Source: Perkinsela sp. CCAP 1560/9 (Eukaryota; Protista; Euglenozoa: Kinetoplastea). Taken from it: a stretch of 64,000 nucleotides of DNA. The DNA is taken from positions 1,736,001 through 1,800,000 of the forward strand of contig CBFFSA010000001.1 of NCBI GenBank assembly GCA_965644495.1, given 5' to 3'. A program made the position numbers and the translations under genes. Shown here piece by piece: positions 36,479 to 48,414 of this stretch. The notes under the pieces are model-generated. The model was given only the letters and a program-made list of their open reading frames with translations, made no database searches and had not been told where the DNA came from. How positions within the stretch are numbered: position 1 is the first letter of the stretch; each line of letters starts with the position of its first letter.

Positions 36479-36880
36479 ATTTTTTTTTAATGTTCTGATG
36501 TCTTCCAGTTTACTGGGTGCATCACTTAGCAAGCCGGCGGATCTCGCTGGAATAGAGACAAGAAATGCTTCTAGGCTCAGCTCTGAAGACTAGAAGCTAA
36601 CTTCTTGGCTCGTTTTCAGAGTGTAAATCTATCTAATGTATCAGATGATGAAGTAAGCAAGGGGATCTAGGTCCTTCCAGCGCAGAATATTGAGGAAAGC
36701 TTTGTCGTGTAGTACTTTCTATAACAATTATCTTCTAAAGTGATCATTCCATGTCTGATTCCGAAACGGACTCAACTGTATTAAATTCCTTGGAAGGTGA
36801 GTACAAGGTCGCTGAGAGGTACGCGATGCTGAAAATAGTCGCATGAAGGTTGGCTCAGCCAAGCTGACTTCATCCCGGCT

Positions 36881-37678
36881 ATGCTGAAAGCAGTCGGAGA
36901 GAACGTACATGAAGCCGAAAAGCTGGAAGTTGTCCGGCTAATTGAGGAGAAGCGGTACGAGGACAAGAAAATTTCTGGAAAGCTGCTTCTCGAAATCGCG
37001 ACGCATTACATCGCTAACAAAAAGGAAGGGGTGGGAGCCGCTAAAGAGGAGAACGTCAAAGATTCCGGTCCCCAGGAAACGGAAGGAACGCTATCTGCTC
37101 TTATAGGCACCTTCTCAATGCCATTTCTATCGGAGACGTTCGTCAACTCAATAGTCCCCCGCGGGAAAATAGTAACGAAGCAGGAAACAAAGATGGCGAA
37201 CGAAGTGGCCGAAGTGCTCGCGAAAGGCGAGGAGGTAGTTTTGGAGGAGTTAGTGTCGGGGGGGCCTGGCTCTCTAAAAGAAAAGTGACTCGTGCCAGGC
37301 ATGCACGTCATGGTATGGGAGCTACTTGAGAAGGTAGCGGGAAGAGTGATGACCGAGCTGGCTGCCGATTTGGGGGCCGAGGTTGATTTCACCGGAAAGT
37401 CACTCTTACATGGCATCATGGCAGGGGGGAAGAGTGCCTGTTTGGTACGAGAAGCCATTCAAAAGAAAGCAAGGATTATGTCCGCAACCGAGAAGCTGCA
37501 ATCCAAGGCTCGTGTTGCGAAGCTTGAGGATCTACCGCCCTCAAGGAGGTTCGCCGTTTACACCAACGAAACATCAGCTGCGGGAGAACGAAGGTATAAA
37601 ATGTTATAACTGCAAACGGATGGGCTACTTCGCGGCGAGCTGCCGCTACAAGACGTATTGTTATAAATGTAAGGCTTT
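36881..37678 (+). pseudogene. gag-like remnant with zinc knuckles
   Basis: CYNCKRMGYFAASC (degenerate CCHC) followed by CYKC; broken frames. Confidence 0.45.
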
Positions 37679-37734
37679 GTTTGAATGGGCCCGTAGATTT
37701 GACACTGCTTCCATCGAAAATGAGGCATTTGAAT
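37679..37734 (+). pseudogene. LRR gene fragment (matches 35160-35215), left part of a split copy
   Basis: 56-bp identity; continues at 43164. Confidence 0.85.
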
Positions 37735-37737
37735 AAA

Positions 37738-37765
37738 ATAAAGATACAGTTTCTGTACCTTGTTG
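37738..37765 (+). repeat. Last 28 nt of the SL exon; 5' copy of the target duplication
   Basis: ATAAAGATACAGTTTCTGTACCTTGTTG is identical to 42582-42609. Confidence 0.88.
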
Positions 37766-40700
37766 AATTATTTTCAATTTTGTACTAACTTTATCTTCCG
37801 GAGCATGTCCTCCAATGTCACCTCACCGGCTCCAATCGCGCACGACGGCCTCCCTCGAGGACCTGTTAGCGCGCAGCGACATCCCCAGAGCTTTCACTTC
37901 ATCCAAAGTCGAGCGATGCCCGTCAAAATCCGCCCCTCGGACAGCGTCACATGGTCATATTTCCCAGACACGCATGCCGCGGCCATTGCCCTCACAGAAC
38001 GAGAGTTCTTCTCGAGTGTCCACACGGCTAAAGCCTCGATCGGCAAAACCTTGAAGTCGGAAAGCAAAAGAAGTGATGGTCTGATAATCAAATCGTGTAC
38101 AATTCAAGATGTCATTGAAAACAACGCATGTGAACACCTAAAATACCAAGAAACGGGAAACCCAAGTCGCACGTTTTGTCACGCCAGCTGGAGTTCCGCC
38201 TACAGGGATTCGTTCATGCAGCTTAATGCAGTGTACTCCTCTTCGAACGCGCTCGGCAAAGCGGTCACGAAGAAATTATGTGGTAGTGACATCCCAGGAT
38301 TACGAAAGTTCCGAATCACACACGTAACTCGAAAAATACAACCCATTGAACTACTACGGGGTCACCCAGAGATTACCTATGACGCACCCTATAGGATCCG
38401 AGATGACTCTTACAAGGTGTCACCGCCATCATATGCCTCAAAACACGCTTCAGAACCACGTGCCCCATGCGCTCATAAATGCCGGGACAAAACATCGTGT
38501 CTCCACGCATGTTGCAAAGTACGACACGAAGGATCTCTTCCGCCTAACGTGTCTCTTCCCTCTCCGGAGGACGTTGCCCCTATGGAACCCTCACTTACTT
38601 CTCACAGAAGACCGTGCAAACACACATGCCGCGACAAAAGAAATTGTCTGCACAAGTGTTGCAAAGTGGGGGTCCCCATTACAGATGCCCAAAGTAGTCC
38701 TCAACCAGTGCTACCCCTCGTGGAACCACCCATAGCTCGAGCAAGTAGTCCACTACCAGCAGGCTTATCCATAGACACCGATCAGCATACCACACCAGAC
38801 ATCGGACACTTCGAAGAGGTCAGGGATCCGGAACCGCAAATCCGCCCTCACTAGGATACATGGATGACGCCGCACACCACACACAAACATCAACCAATGA
38901 AGTCAATTATCGCCCCTGTCGGCACATATGTAGCAACAAAGCTCAGTGCAAGCATCGATGTTGCAAAAATGGTGTCATACAACCTAGCACGGAGGTTGTA
39001 CTCCGCGAACCCGTCCGTACCTCTCCAGACCTGCACACCAGCAATGACAACAACACCCCTGCTCCAACAGCGCCTCGTCGCAACTGCGCTCATAAATGTA
39101 AGGACAAGGCAACATGTAAACATCAATGCTGCCAGAAAGGAGTTCTCCTCAAAGTCGCTGAAGTAGCGTACTCTGCCATATGCTGGACCACGAGAAATAT
39201 ACTGTGCCCTGCAATGGGTGATGCGGAACGCGCCGGAAAAGCTTCACTACCGCCCCCTCCACGCGCAACAACCTACCCCCCAGTTCACACCAACCCCTCG
39301 AATCGCTCGAGTCCAATACTGAGCCCTGTGCGGAATGCACCACTTGTCCACGCCCCGCAACATGATTCCCCTTCTGTACGCCGCTCCTCGCCTTCTTTAC
39401 CCCTTGTGCAGTCCGCAACAGATCCCACGCCTCTGCCCTTACCTTTGCCTTCCCCACCAGAAGGAAACTGCGAACACACGATATTGCAGCGCATCCCTCG
39501 TGTCCGGCAAGTCCCGGCTACCCGACCTCTCCCTGAACTGCAGAACCTACTCGAAACATTCCGCACAATAAATGGAGGTCGCGTTCTAGTCCGTTTCACA
39601 GAGGAACAGTGGGAGAGTATTATTGCGAAGATCGAGGAACGCTGCAACTCGTATATCCACCTGGCGCGAGACAAAGAGGACGCCCTGTCGCAAGCTGAAA
39701 TACTCTCAGCAATCCTCGCTGTAACTGCATTCGAGGCCGCACGGGAAAACGATCCGACGCACGGCTTTCTTATACAAGTAATATAGTCATTGAACGCACA
39801 GTGAAAGTACTCAGTCAACACGTTCGACAACTTAAACGTGCGCTAACGTTCATGAAGGGTCCTGCGAGAAATAAGCAACGAGGGGAAATAAAGGAAGCCG
39901 AAAAGGCACTAAAACAGTACATGGAAGAATCCAGTTTGCAGAGGAAAGAAATCGATCGACGGTGGGCTCTTACGCGATTCCAGCGAAATCCCTGGACAGC
40001 CGCGGGCGAATGCTTAGATCGCGTCGACCCATCTACCTCAGAAACTGAGACGTCCTACCCTACAGTTCCTGTACAGGAGGTTGAAAGATTCTTTGTGGGC
40101 TCAATGTCTAGACCAGAAGAGATACACAAGATTCCTCCAGCAGAATTTACGAAACCAATTCCCCTTGATGAGATGCAATGGTCAGATATTGACTCAGACA
40201 TGATCGCAGCAGCCGTCGCATCCAAACGCTCTGTGGCTGCCCCAGGCTCGGACACTGTATCGAACGCGCTGCTAAAGCGCTGCGCCCCTGTCTTTACCCA
40301 CATGGCACAGGTGTTTAATGATGTCCTAACATTTGGTGTATGCCCTCCAACCTGGAAAACTGCGGTCACTCGACTTATCCACAAAGGGGGCCCCACCTCA
40401 AGTATGGAAAACTGGCGGCCGATAAGCTTGACTAGCTGCATTGGGAAGCTTTTCCACTCAATCCTCAGTCACCGTATCCTTCAGCATTCCCTGGATTCCA
40501 ATGCCCTGGACACAACAATACAAAAAGGCTTCTTGCCGCATATGAATGGGACAGTTGAGCACACCCAGGTCCTTTGCGAGATCCTCGAGCACCAGCGGCG
40601 CCACAAAAAGCAATACGTACTTGCCCAGTTTGATATCAAAAACGCGTTTGGATCCATACCCCATACAATTTTATTTCAGGCCTTAAAATGGGCGCGCGTC

Positions 40701-42581
40701 TCACCGATCCTCATTAACTACATCAAAGCGTTGTACGAACGAGCGTCTACACAAATTAAATGTGCAGAAGGACTCACGAAGTCTATTGAGATAGGTCGTG
40801 GCGTATTGCAGGGAGATACGCTTTCGCCTATTTTATTCAACTTGGCGATGGAGCTAGTTCTGCGTTTTGTCCGTTCAAGTTGCCCCGAATACGGGATCAC
40901 GTGGAATGCGAAAGAAATTTTTCTAAAGGCCTTCGCAGATGACCTTACTATTCTGACAAATACCCCCCAGGAAATGCAGAACGCTACAAACGCACTCGTC
41001 AAAGTTCTAAGCGATATTGGGATGAAACTAAACGTGAAAAAATGCCGGCTGCAACACATGGCGATGACGCAAGACTCTGGATATATTACACGCCGACCAC
41101 AGATCGTGATCGGCACGTCACCTATCCCGCATATATGTGATAATGGTAGCACATTTTTAGGCATGACGCTCGCACCCGGTGCTCAACAAGGCATGACGCT
41201 CGCACCCGGTGCTCAACAAGGCAAGACACTCTTTCTAAAACTACGAACCCGTCTGCGAGCCTGGTTGCGTAATATATCTTCCAGCGCACATGACCTTCCC
41301 GCGCGCCTGTGGATATACAATAACGGCATCATCTCTCGTCTGCGGTATTCCTTCGTCGTGAACTCATGCCTTACCTTCAATCACGTACTTCGGCTACAGC
41401 GATGCGCCACACGCGAAATTCGGAAATGGTTAAACGTAGCGAAATCAGCAACTAGTGAGCTGCTCTATTCAGAGCATGACTGGAATCTCATGAGTCTGTC
41501 AAAACTTTGGCTTCTTTCCACTGTGGGGACAATGGAACAAATGGATAAATCGCGTGATCCCGAGGTCCAGCACGCTTTACGTGAGCGCATCAGGCGAGAA
41601 GCGAACAAAAGGAGAGCAGGAGACATTCGCCCGCCGACGGATATGCACAGTACAAGCCATAGTAACGTCCGAAGACTCCTTGGAAGCGAATACGAGCGAC
41701 ACCTCACGGAAGCCGTCCAACGGCGTACTGCCGTAGCAGGACGATGGTTCAGAATCGCAACGGAAGCAGACCTTGCGAGAGACTTCGCCGCCGCCCTATG
41801 CAACCTCAAGAGTGAATCGCTTTCGCGGTTCACATCCTCAGTGCTTACCGAGACGCCGCTCCCAACCAGGGCATCTCTTCGTAGGTGGGGCGTATCGACA
41901 CATGCGAGCGATAAATGTCCCATCTGTGACAGCGAGACACAAACTACGCGGCATATTCTATCTGGTTGTAGGAAGTCACTCGAACAAGGGAGGTATACCC
42001 TAATAACATGGTATTACAGGCATTAGCGAACTCCGTACAACGATCCTCCTCCACTAGTCAATGTCACTTCGATCTCCCCCACTTCCGCTCCACCCACACG
42101 TGGCTCACGAACCTTGATACTGAGCTACGTCCTGACGGATGGGTGAAACTATCTAATGGAGAAGAATACATTATAGAACTTACCTGCCCTTGGGAGGAGA
42201 ACTTTGAGTTCGCACACGAGCGCAAAATAGAAAAGTACACGAGTTTATACCACTCTAGAAAACTCGACCATCCTACCACATTCCTACTCGTCTTCGAGGT
42301 GGGAGCGAGAGGCAAACTGCATATGTCGGTCCGAACGCTCAACTCTCTCTTCATGGGAAATGAAGAAGCGGTTGCAGTGTGTCGCCGAAATATGACGACT
42401 AGCGATCTCCGGGGAAGTTTCATAATTTTCCAGCACCGCGAGAACAAACAGTGGATGGAGGTTAGTTCTGGGGAGTGAGTCGCTGATTGTCAGGTGATTT
42501 CAACGCGTTTTGTGCGCGTAATATGGAACTCCCATAATCACCGTCTAATCTCTGTAGAATATTTCCTACATGATAACATAT
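37766..42581 (+). mobile_element. Full-length non-LTR retrotransposon (RT+REL) inserted in SL sequence; frameshifted
   Basis: ORF pieces 37760, 38860, 39801, 42008; four CxHxCxxKxxCxHxCC fingers, FADD, CPIC, RPD, ELTCPWEEN; flanked by a 28-bp direct repeat. Confidence 0.9.
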
Positions 42582-42660
42582 ATAAAGATACAGTTTCTGT
42601 ACCTTGTTGGTACATTTTCCCTTTAGTTCATCTTTTCTTTCCCCGGCAACGGGCATAATC
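42582..42660 (+). ncRNA. Spliced-leader RNA gene, 3' part of exon plus intron
   Basis: Euglenozoan SL core CAGTTTCTGTAC..TTG followed by GT donor at 42610, pyrimidine tract and CCCG-GCAA-CGGG hairpin. Confidence 0.75.
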
Positions 42661-42901
42661 TTACTGTTTTATATGCCCGTTGCCGGCCGGCACTAAGGCC
42701 GAAACTGTCCCTCTTTCTCGGCGAAGTAGGGGACGCGCTTCCACCCCATCAACCCTCCCCGGCTCACTCCTTGAGTGGGTTTTCTTCCCTCCCCGGCTTT
42801 CTTCTTCTCGCGCCTTTTTCTTCCCGGGGAGCCATGCGCCATGGTGGCCTCCCTTGAGGACCACTGGGCGTGGCTCTGCCTCGTCTTATCGCGAGGCAGC
42901 G

Positions 42902-43054
42902 GTCGGTTGCAGTGCGCCCCTCCGGCTGCGTAAAGAGGTGGTGAGTTGCCTGGACCACCTCTACCGACTGGGACCGAGTCGGTTGCAGTGCGCCCCTCCG
43001 GCTGCGTAAAGAGAGGGCGAGTTGCCTGGACCCCCTCTACCGACAGAGTCCGAG
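42902..43054 (+). repeat. 76-bp tandem duplication with foldable structure; third partial copy inverted at ~50590-50645
   Basis: GTCGGTTGCAGTGCGCCCCTCCGGCTGCGTAAAGAG.. at 42902 and 42978. Confidence 0.88.
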
Positions 43055-43163
43055 CTAAACCCCCTTGGTGCGACACCCGTCAATACGGATTGTGCCGATG
43101 ATATCGGCTGTCGCATCAAGGGCTGTATCTCTGCGCCAACGAGCGCATGAACATCAAAATTAC

Positions 43164-43303
43164 GACGAAACGAGTTTAGTGGTGAAATAAATCTCACGAA
43201 ATTACCTCCAACAATGAAGTATTTGTCGTTATCCCATAACAAATTCAGCGGCAAATTGTGTTTGGACAAACTGCCGCCAGGTCTTTGGGACCTTGCGTTG
43301 GGT
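43164..43303 (+). pseudogene. LRR gene fragment (matches 35220-35359), right part of the split copy
   Basis: Near identity to the 34577 gene. Confidence 0.88.
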
Positions 43304-43633
43304 TTTTGTTACTGTATCAGTAAGGCAAAGAAGGCCAAGCTTTATTTCACACTTTAAAAAAATATCATATTGTGTGGTCATATAGACTTTCACAATTTTT
43401 ATAGTAATTTTATAGCATCTTAAATTGAGGGGCTGCGGGTGGGGATTCTGTGCGATCTCGGTGCGGTCTATTAAATATATTTAATAGATTTATTTCTACG
43501 TAAAATAACTCGAAGACGTTTTTATCACTCGTCCCTTTATCACTTGAACCGTTCTTTGGAGAGGACTAATTTTAAGCTTGAACATATGTTTTTTTACTCT
43601 GTTCAATCTCACAGCTCCTTCATGCATACATTT

Positions 43634-44464
43634 ATGCTTACCGTAAGCTTTGAAGACGCACGCTCCCCAGATCATAAAAGGCGGAAGTTAAGTGATAAAG
43701 AAAACACAACGGTGAGTCCGAGACCGCGTAAAAGAGCCGCAAAAGTGAGCGTCGCGAATCTTCCATTGGAATACCAACTCGCACGTCTCATTCGCAATAT
43801 TGAAAATCCTCACAACACGTGGGACACGGATACGCCTGCGTGCAAGTGGGATCGGGTAATTTGTAACGAACAAGGGGAACCCGACGATATTTATTGGGAG
43901 CAAATGGAGGATTCGGACTGTCAAGATCATTGGGAGTACGGTTTAAAAGGGAGTCTCGATTTGACGGATATTCCAAAATTGGTGAAGCGTTTTTCTGTGA
44001 ACAAGAATCAATTGAGAGGCGAAGTTCGATTAGATGGTTTGCCGGATAAACTGGAAAATCTAGACTTGAGTCAAAATGAGTTTGAGGGTTCATTAGATTT
44101 GACATCGCTTCCCCAATCACTATATTTGTTCTGTTCATACAAGAACAACTTTACAGGGAATGTGTGCCTTACGAGACTTCCACCTCCCATGGAACAACTT
44201 TTGTTGGGGGATAATCGTTTGACTGGGTCCGTAGATTTGACGTCGCTTCCATCGAAAATGTGGCATATAAATTTAGAACGAAATGAATTTAGTGGTGAAA
44301 TAAATCTCGCAAAGTTACCTCCGACAATGAAGTATATGTCGATATCCCATAACAAATTCAGCGGCGAATTGCGTTTGGACAAACTGCCGTCAGGTCTTGA
44401 GCAGCTTGCGCTGGGTCACAACCAGTTTGAAGGAGAGATAGACGCTAAATTCTTGGAAAACTGA
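43634..44464 (+). CDS. LRR protein (KRRK/KEN subfamily)
   Basis: ORF 43544; ATG 43634 is equivalent to the paralog starts. Confidence 0.92.
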   Translation: MLTVSFEDARSPDHKRRKLSDKENTTVSPRPRKRAAKVSVANLPLEYQLARLIRNIENPHNTWDTDTPACKWDRVICNEQGEPDDIYWEQMEDSDCQDHWEYGLKGSLDLTDIPKLVKRFSVNKNQLRGEVRLDGLPDKLENLDLSQNEFEGSLDLTSLPQSLYLFCSYKNNFTGNVCLTRLPPPMEQLLLGDNRLTGSVDLTSLPSKMWHINLERNEFSGEINLAKLPPTMKYMSISHNKFSGELRLDKLPSGLEQLALGHNQFEGEIDAKFLEN

Positions 44465-44659
44465 AAGGGTTGATTAATGTTTTGTCCTTGGAAATACAGA
44501 AAAATTATGAATGGTTGCACTTCATTAGGCGAGAGGGGTTAAATTAAAGGAAAATTTGCATTCTTCAGAAATTTTACAATTCTTGGGGGTTTTGAAAATT
44601 TTATGTAGAGGAAATAACTTTCAGCTTACAACTTTAGCTTCGTTAAATGCTGTTTAAAT

Positions 44660-44725
44660 GTTTCTGTGCCTTGTACTTTTTCTCCTAGCTCATCTTTTCT
44701 CTCCCGGAAATGGGCATATTTTCAC
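44660..44725 (+). ncRNA. Degenerate SL RNA gene relic
   Basis: GTTTCTGTGCCTTG..TAGCTCATCTTTTCTCTCCCGGAAATGGGCATA aligns with 42593-42657. Confidence 0.55.
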
Positions 44726-45117
44726 ACCCATCCATAGTGCTTTTTGATGCATCATGAACTCCATTTGCCAGCATGCATCCATGGCCCTGACCATGTTGTA
44801 TCATGAACCATGGAAGTCATTTGTAGCATGTACGATGAGAATACCATTCGCGTCCCACAAATCCGTATATCTTTCCTGACGCACTGCGTTTACACAACAT
44901 CTCAGGACATCATATCCCGATGAGGACGTTTCTTTTCGCCTTCCCGGGGAAGATATCCCGCGCTTTTCCCTGTCTCGCTGCGGAAGGCAAAAGGCTCCAG
45001 CAGGGAACGTTGATTGCGTTTACCCCTGCTGGGACTAAATATCTCTGCAGGTCTTGCCCTGCATGAAAAAACACAAGACATACGAATGAATACACGAAGA
45101 ATGTTCGTGCAGTTTCT

Positions 45118-45560
45118 CTAAGATGCGCAGCACCACATTTCCGCCGTTGTTTCGTAGACTGCCATTGCATTCTTGAGCATTGCTCGCCATCTGCCCTTCG
45201 TCCCACTTTTCTTCCTAACATATTTTCTTTTAGATTCAGCTGTTCTTTGCAACAGAATTTGCACACTCCAGTGTTCGCGTGAACGCCCGTGTGCGTGACC
45301 TTCTCGGCAGTGGTTTACACTATTCCACTTGTAACGCTCACCTAGGCGGGCATAGTGCCGCGCCCCGTCAGTCCAAATTCTAGTCCCCCCTTCAATGCGA
45401 GTAAACAAAGTGCTTGCCTTGCGATGAGGTACCACTTCAATGAACATTTGAGATAATTTGTTCTTTCGTGTCGTCACAGCAATTGTCTGTGCAAATTCTG
45501 TACCATCACCTCGCACACGTATTGCACAATGGAAATCTTACTTTGTCCAAAGTATGATTT
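45118..45560 (-). pseudogene. Merlin/IS1595-like transposase fragment
   Basis: IEVVPHRKASTL, IWTDG, SVNH. Confidence 0.7.
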
Positions 45561-47909
45561 CCTCGGCAAGCGAAACCGTAACTACTTGAGAGTAAAGCCA
45601 TTCCAACTCGACTAAGAAGTTTACTTTTAGATCGTCCCTTCTAAACTTCTCTAACCTTGAATTTTTGTACGTCTCAGCGAGTAATCAAAGCATGTCGAGG
45701 AAGTCATCAAATTTCACTTCCTTGGTCTCGCCAATGTTCAATACAGATTGGAGTATTCTCCAGTCACGATCCCTCTCACGCTTCGTGCTCTTTCTTACTG
45801 CTGCGTCCACAAGGTGATCATGACGCATGTCATCTTTTGATTCATACTTGAGCGAATCGCGTAGATTTCGCTTCGGTGCACGATGCGGATACGTTTTTAT
45901 TGATAAACTTTTTAAAACTGTTCAGATAAAAAATCACATTATAATATTAGAGATTGTAGCAAACTTTAATTAAATTTCATCCTTTATTGTCATCCTTTAT
46001 TGTTTTCATCCTTTATTTCTCTCAAAACAAAAAACTATGTAATTACTATACCCCCCCTACTTACTTGTCACCCCTTTTTGGAGAAAAGTGACAAATGACT
46101 AGGGGGGGCGTTCGGTGGATGACAAATAACTAAGGGGTTGGTCTCGTTGGGCGCGATCAAAATTGAAACATTTTTTGATCTTTTTTTGAAAATCAGTACA
46201 GAAACGGTAGTTTTATCTCTTCGCAAGTTGTTTAATGCTTGCAAGTTGTGTGATGGGACAATAAACTAATTTATTTTTGAAAAAAATTGCAAAAGAAAAA
46301 TCGGCGCCGCTTCGCTGCGCCTGTTTTGTCAGGCTGACAATCATGTAGGGGGGTGAGTTTACGATCTTTCCCCAGAACTGACAAATAAGTAGGGGGCGGG
46401 CGGTGACAATTATGTGCGGGGGATAGTGCTTGTGCGCTTGAACTTGTATTTTCGACTTGCTTTTGGGGCATTTCTCTGAGCTTCTTTTATGGCCCACCTG
46501 AGCCTAACATGCGTAGCAAACTGTTTTGTTGCGACATTTGTCAGCAAAATGACCCTCCTCCCTGCAATAGTAGCCCCGAAAGACTTTGGCTTTACTACTG
46601 AAAAGTATTCACTCATAGATTTGAGGGGCTGCGGGTGAAACTTCACGGAGGGCTTTGTTCCTCTACGAGTAATAATAGGCGATTGTTCCTTAGGAGTTCT
46701 CTGTTATTTAAAAATAGTAAACTTCAGCCGTACAATCTGTCTTTTTTCCTTTCTGTACGTGACTTGATTTATTTTGTACTTACGAAACCCTTTTTCGCAT
46801 CAAATAGTGTTGTTCACTTAAACTTCACTCCATCGGCCTTGCTTAACCTTGACGTCTTCACTTTGCCTTAGAAGCGGGACTTTATCTTCGAATATATAGA
46901 ACTCCTTGAGGTCCTGAATATCGCTTGTGAAAATGGGTTAGCGCGAGGAAATGCTTTTCATTTGAGCGGACTTCACCCGCACTATGAGCCTTCTCAGCCT
47001 TTTGAAACAAGACTGAACAGTGCGTTCCAAACGCGGAGATGAACAAATCTCCAGCAAAGCTCCGGAACGACGCATCGTAATGCATAGCTCCCCACCGGTC
47101 TCCTCCTAGAAAAGGGTCCTCAGCAGTGCCAAGTACAAGTAGTACTGCATTTAGTTCTAGGTTTGAAGAACGAAGACGTTTCTTAGCTGTTTCTTTTGGG
47201 GGGACCATGAGTAACTTCGCGAGATTACGGCACTTAATTTGGTGTTTCACCTCCTCCTTAAACTAAGTAGCGTTGTTCGCGCGGGCTACCTTGAAGACCC
47301 GCCGAGTGATTTTTGATTTCTCTTCCTTTGTAGAGCTTGGGAAGCATTGCTCCACAAAGGAAATTATTGCCGTGAGGCATGTTTCCTCCGGGGCCGCATT
47401 TAGTAGGACACACAAGGACTCCAGAGAAATCTCTTCGCAATAAGTGATCTTCAACTTCATGTCCACTTTTTCCTCTGGCGAAAGCGCTAGGCCTTTTTTG
47501 TGCACTCGAAAGAGTCGCAACCCTCAGAGCTCATATTTTCATAAGAACCATCACTCTGCCTCTTCGAAGCTTGCTTACCTATATTGAGCTTAAATAATCA
47601 AAAATTGTCAAAAGATCAATTTCGCCATATAACTTTACGTTATTTGCAAGAAATAAGTACCACAAGTCTTGTTTAGAAATCAGTTTGACCTCTTTCTCTT
47701 TCCTTTTTCATCATTTCGGGCAAACAAGCTCCATTTCGGATTAGGTGGAAACGTGGCGTTGCTATTATCCTGAGAAAGTAATACCCACGCTGGTATTTTC
47801 ACTTCGTAGGCAACTTGATACCGGGACCAAACCCATGTTGATAAGGTTAACGTGAATATAGGCAAGCAATAGGTGCCCCTTCCCTCCTGACCAAAAGATT
47901 CTTACTTTT

Positions 47910-48048
47910 CCAAGTACTCCTGGGACAACAACTACCTGAGGGATGACCCTCCTAGTGCTCCTGGAGATGATTCCAACTAAACTGAGGGATGACCCTCCGA
48001 GTACTCCTGGGGATGACCCCAACTAACCTGAGGGATGACCCTCCTCCT
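47910..48048. repeat. ~46-bp tandem repeat with GAGGG-ATGA-CCCTC hairpins
   Basis: CTGAGGGATGACCCTCC occurs three times. Confidence 0.8.
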
Positions 48049-48414
48049 ACACCCTCACACTTCGTCGAGGAAACGACGACGCCGGGCTTGAGACCGGTAT
48101 CAAGCGTGTTTACAAATGCTGTGAAAAGCGTGTAATGCTCGCTCAACAACCACAGTTTCCCCTCACTATTAATTAATGTTGAAGACTACCCCAAGTGTTT
48201 TCTTTACCGAACGCGGACAAAAGGAATTTTGATCTCCATCGAAGACAAAGCACTATTATCCACTTTTGGAAGACAAATGGTATCAAACAGGAATCTGCGT
48301 AGAATAACTCGAAAGCGACTTTTGTTCCCTTTATCACTTGAACCGCTATTTGTAGAGAACAATGTTTAATCTTGAACACAACTGTTTTACTCTGTTCAAC
48401 CTCTCTCCTCTTTC

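Noticed and set aside
43062-43122. Hammerhead ribozyme
   Set aside because: The CUGANGA/GAAA core is absent on both strands; kept only as an unassigned structure
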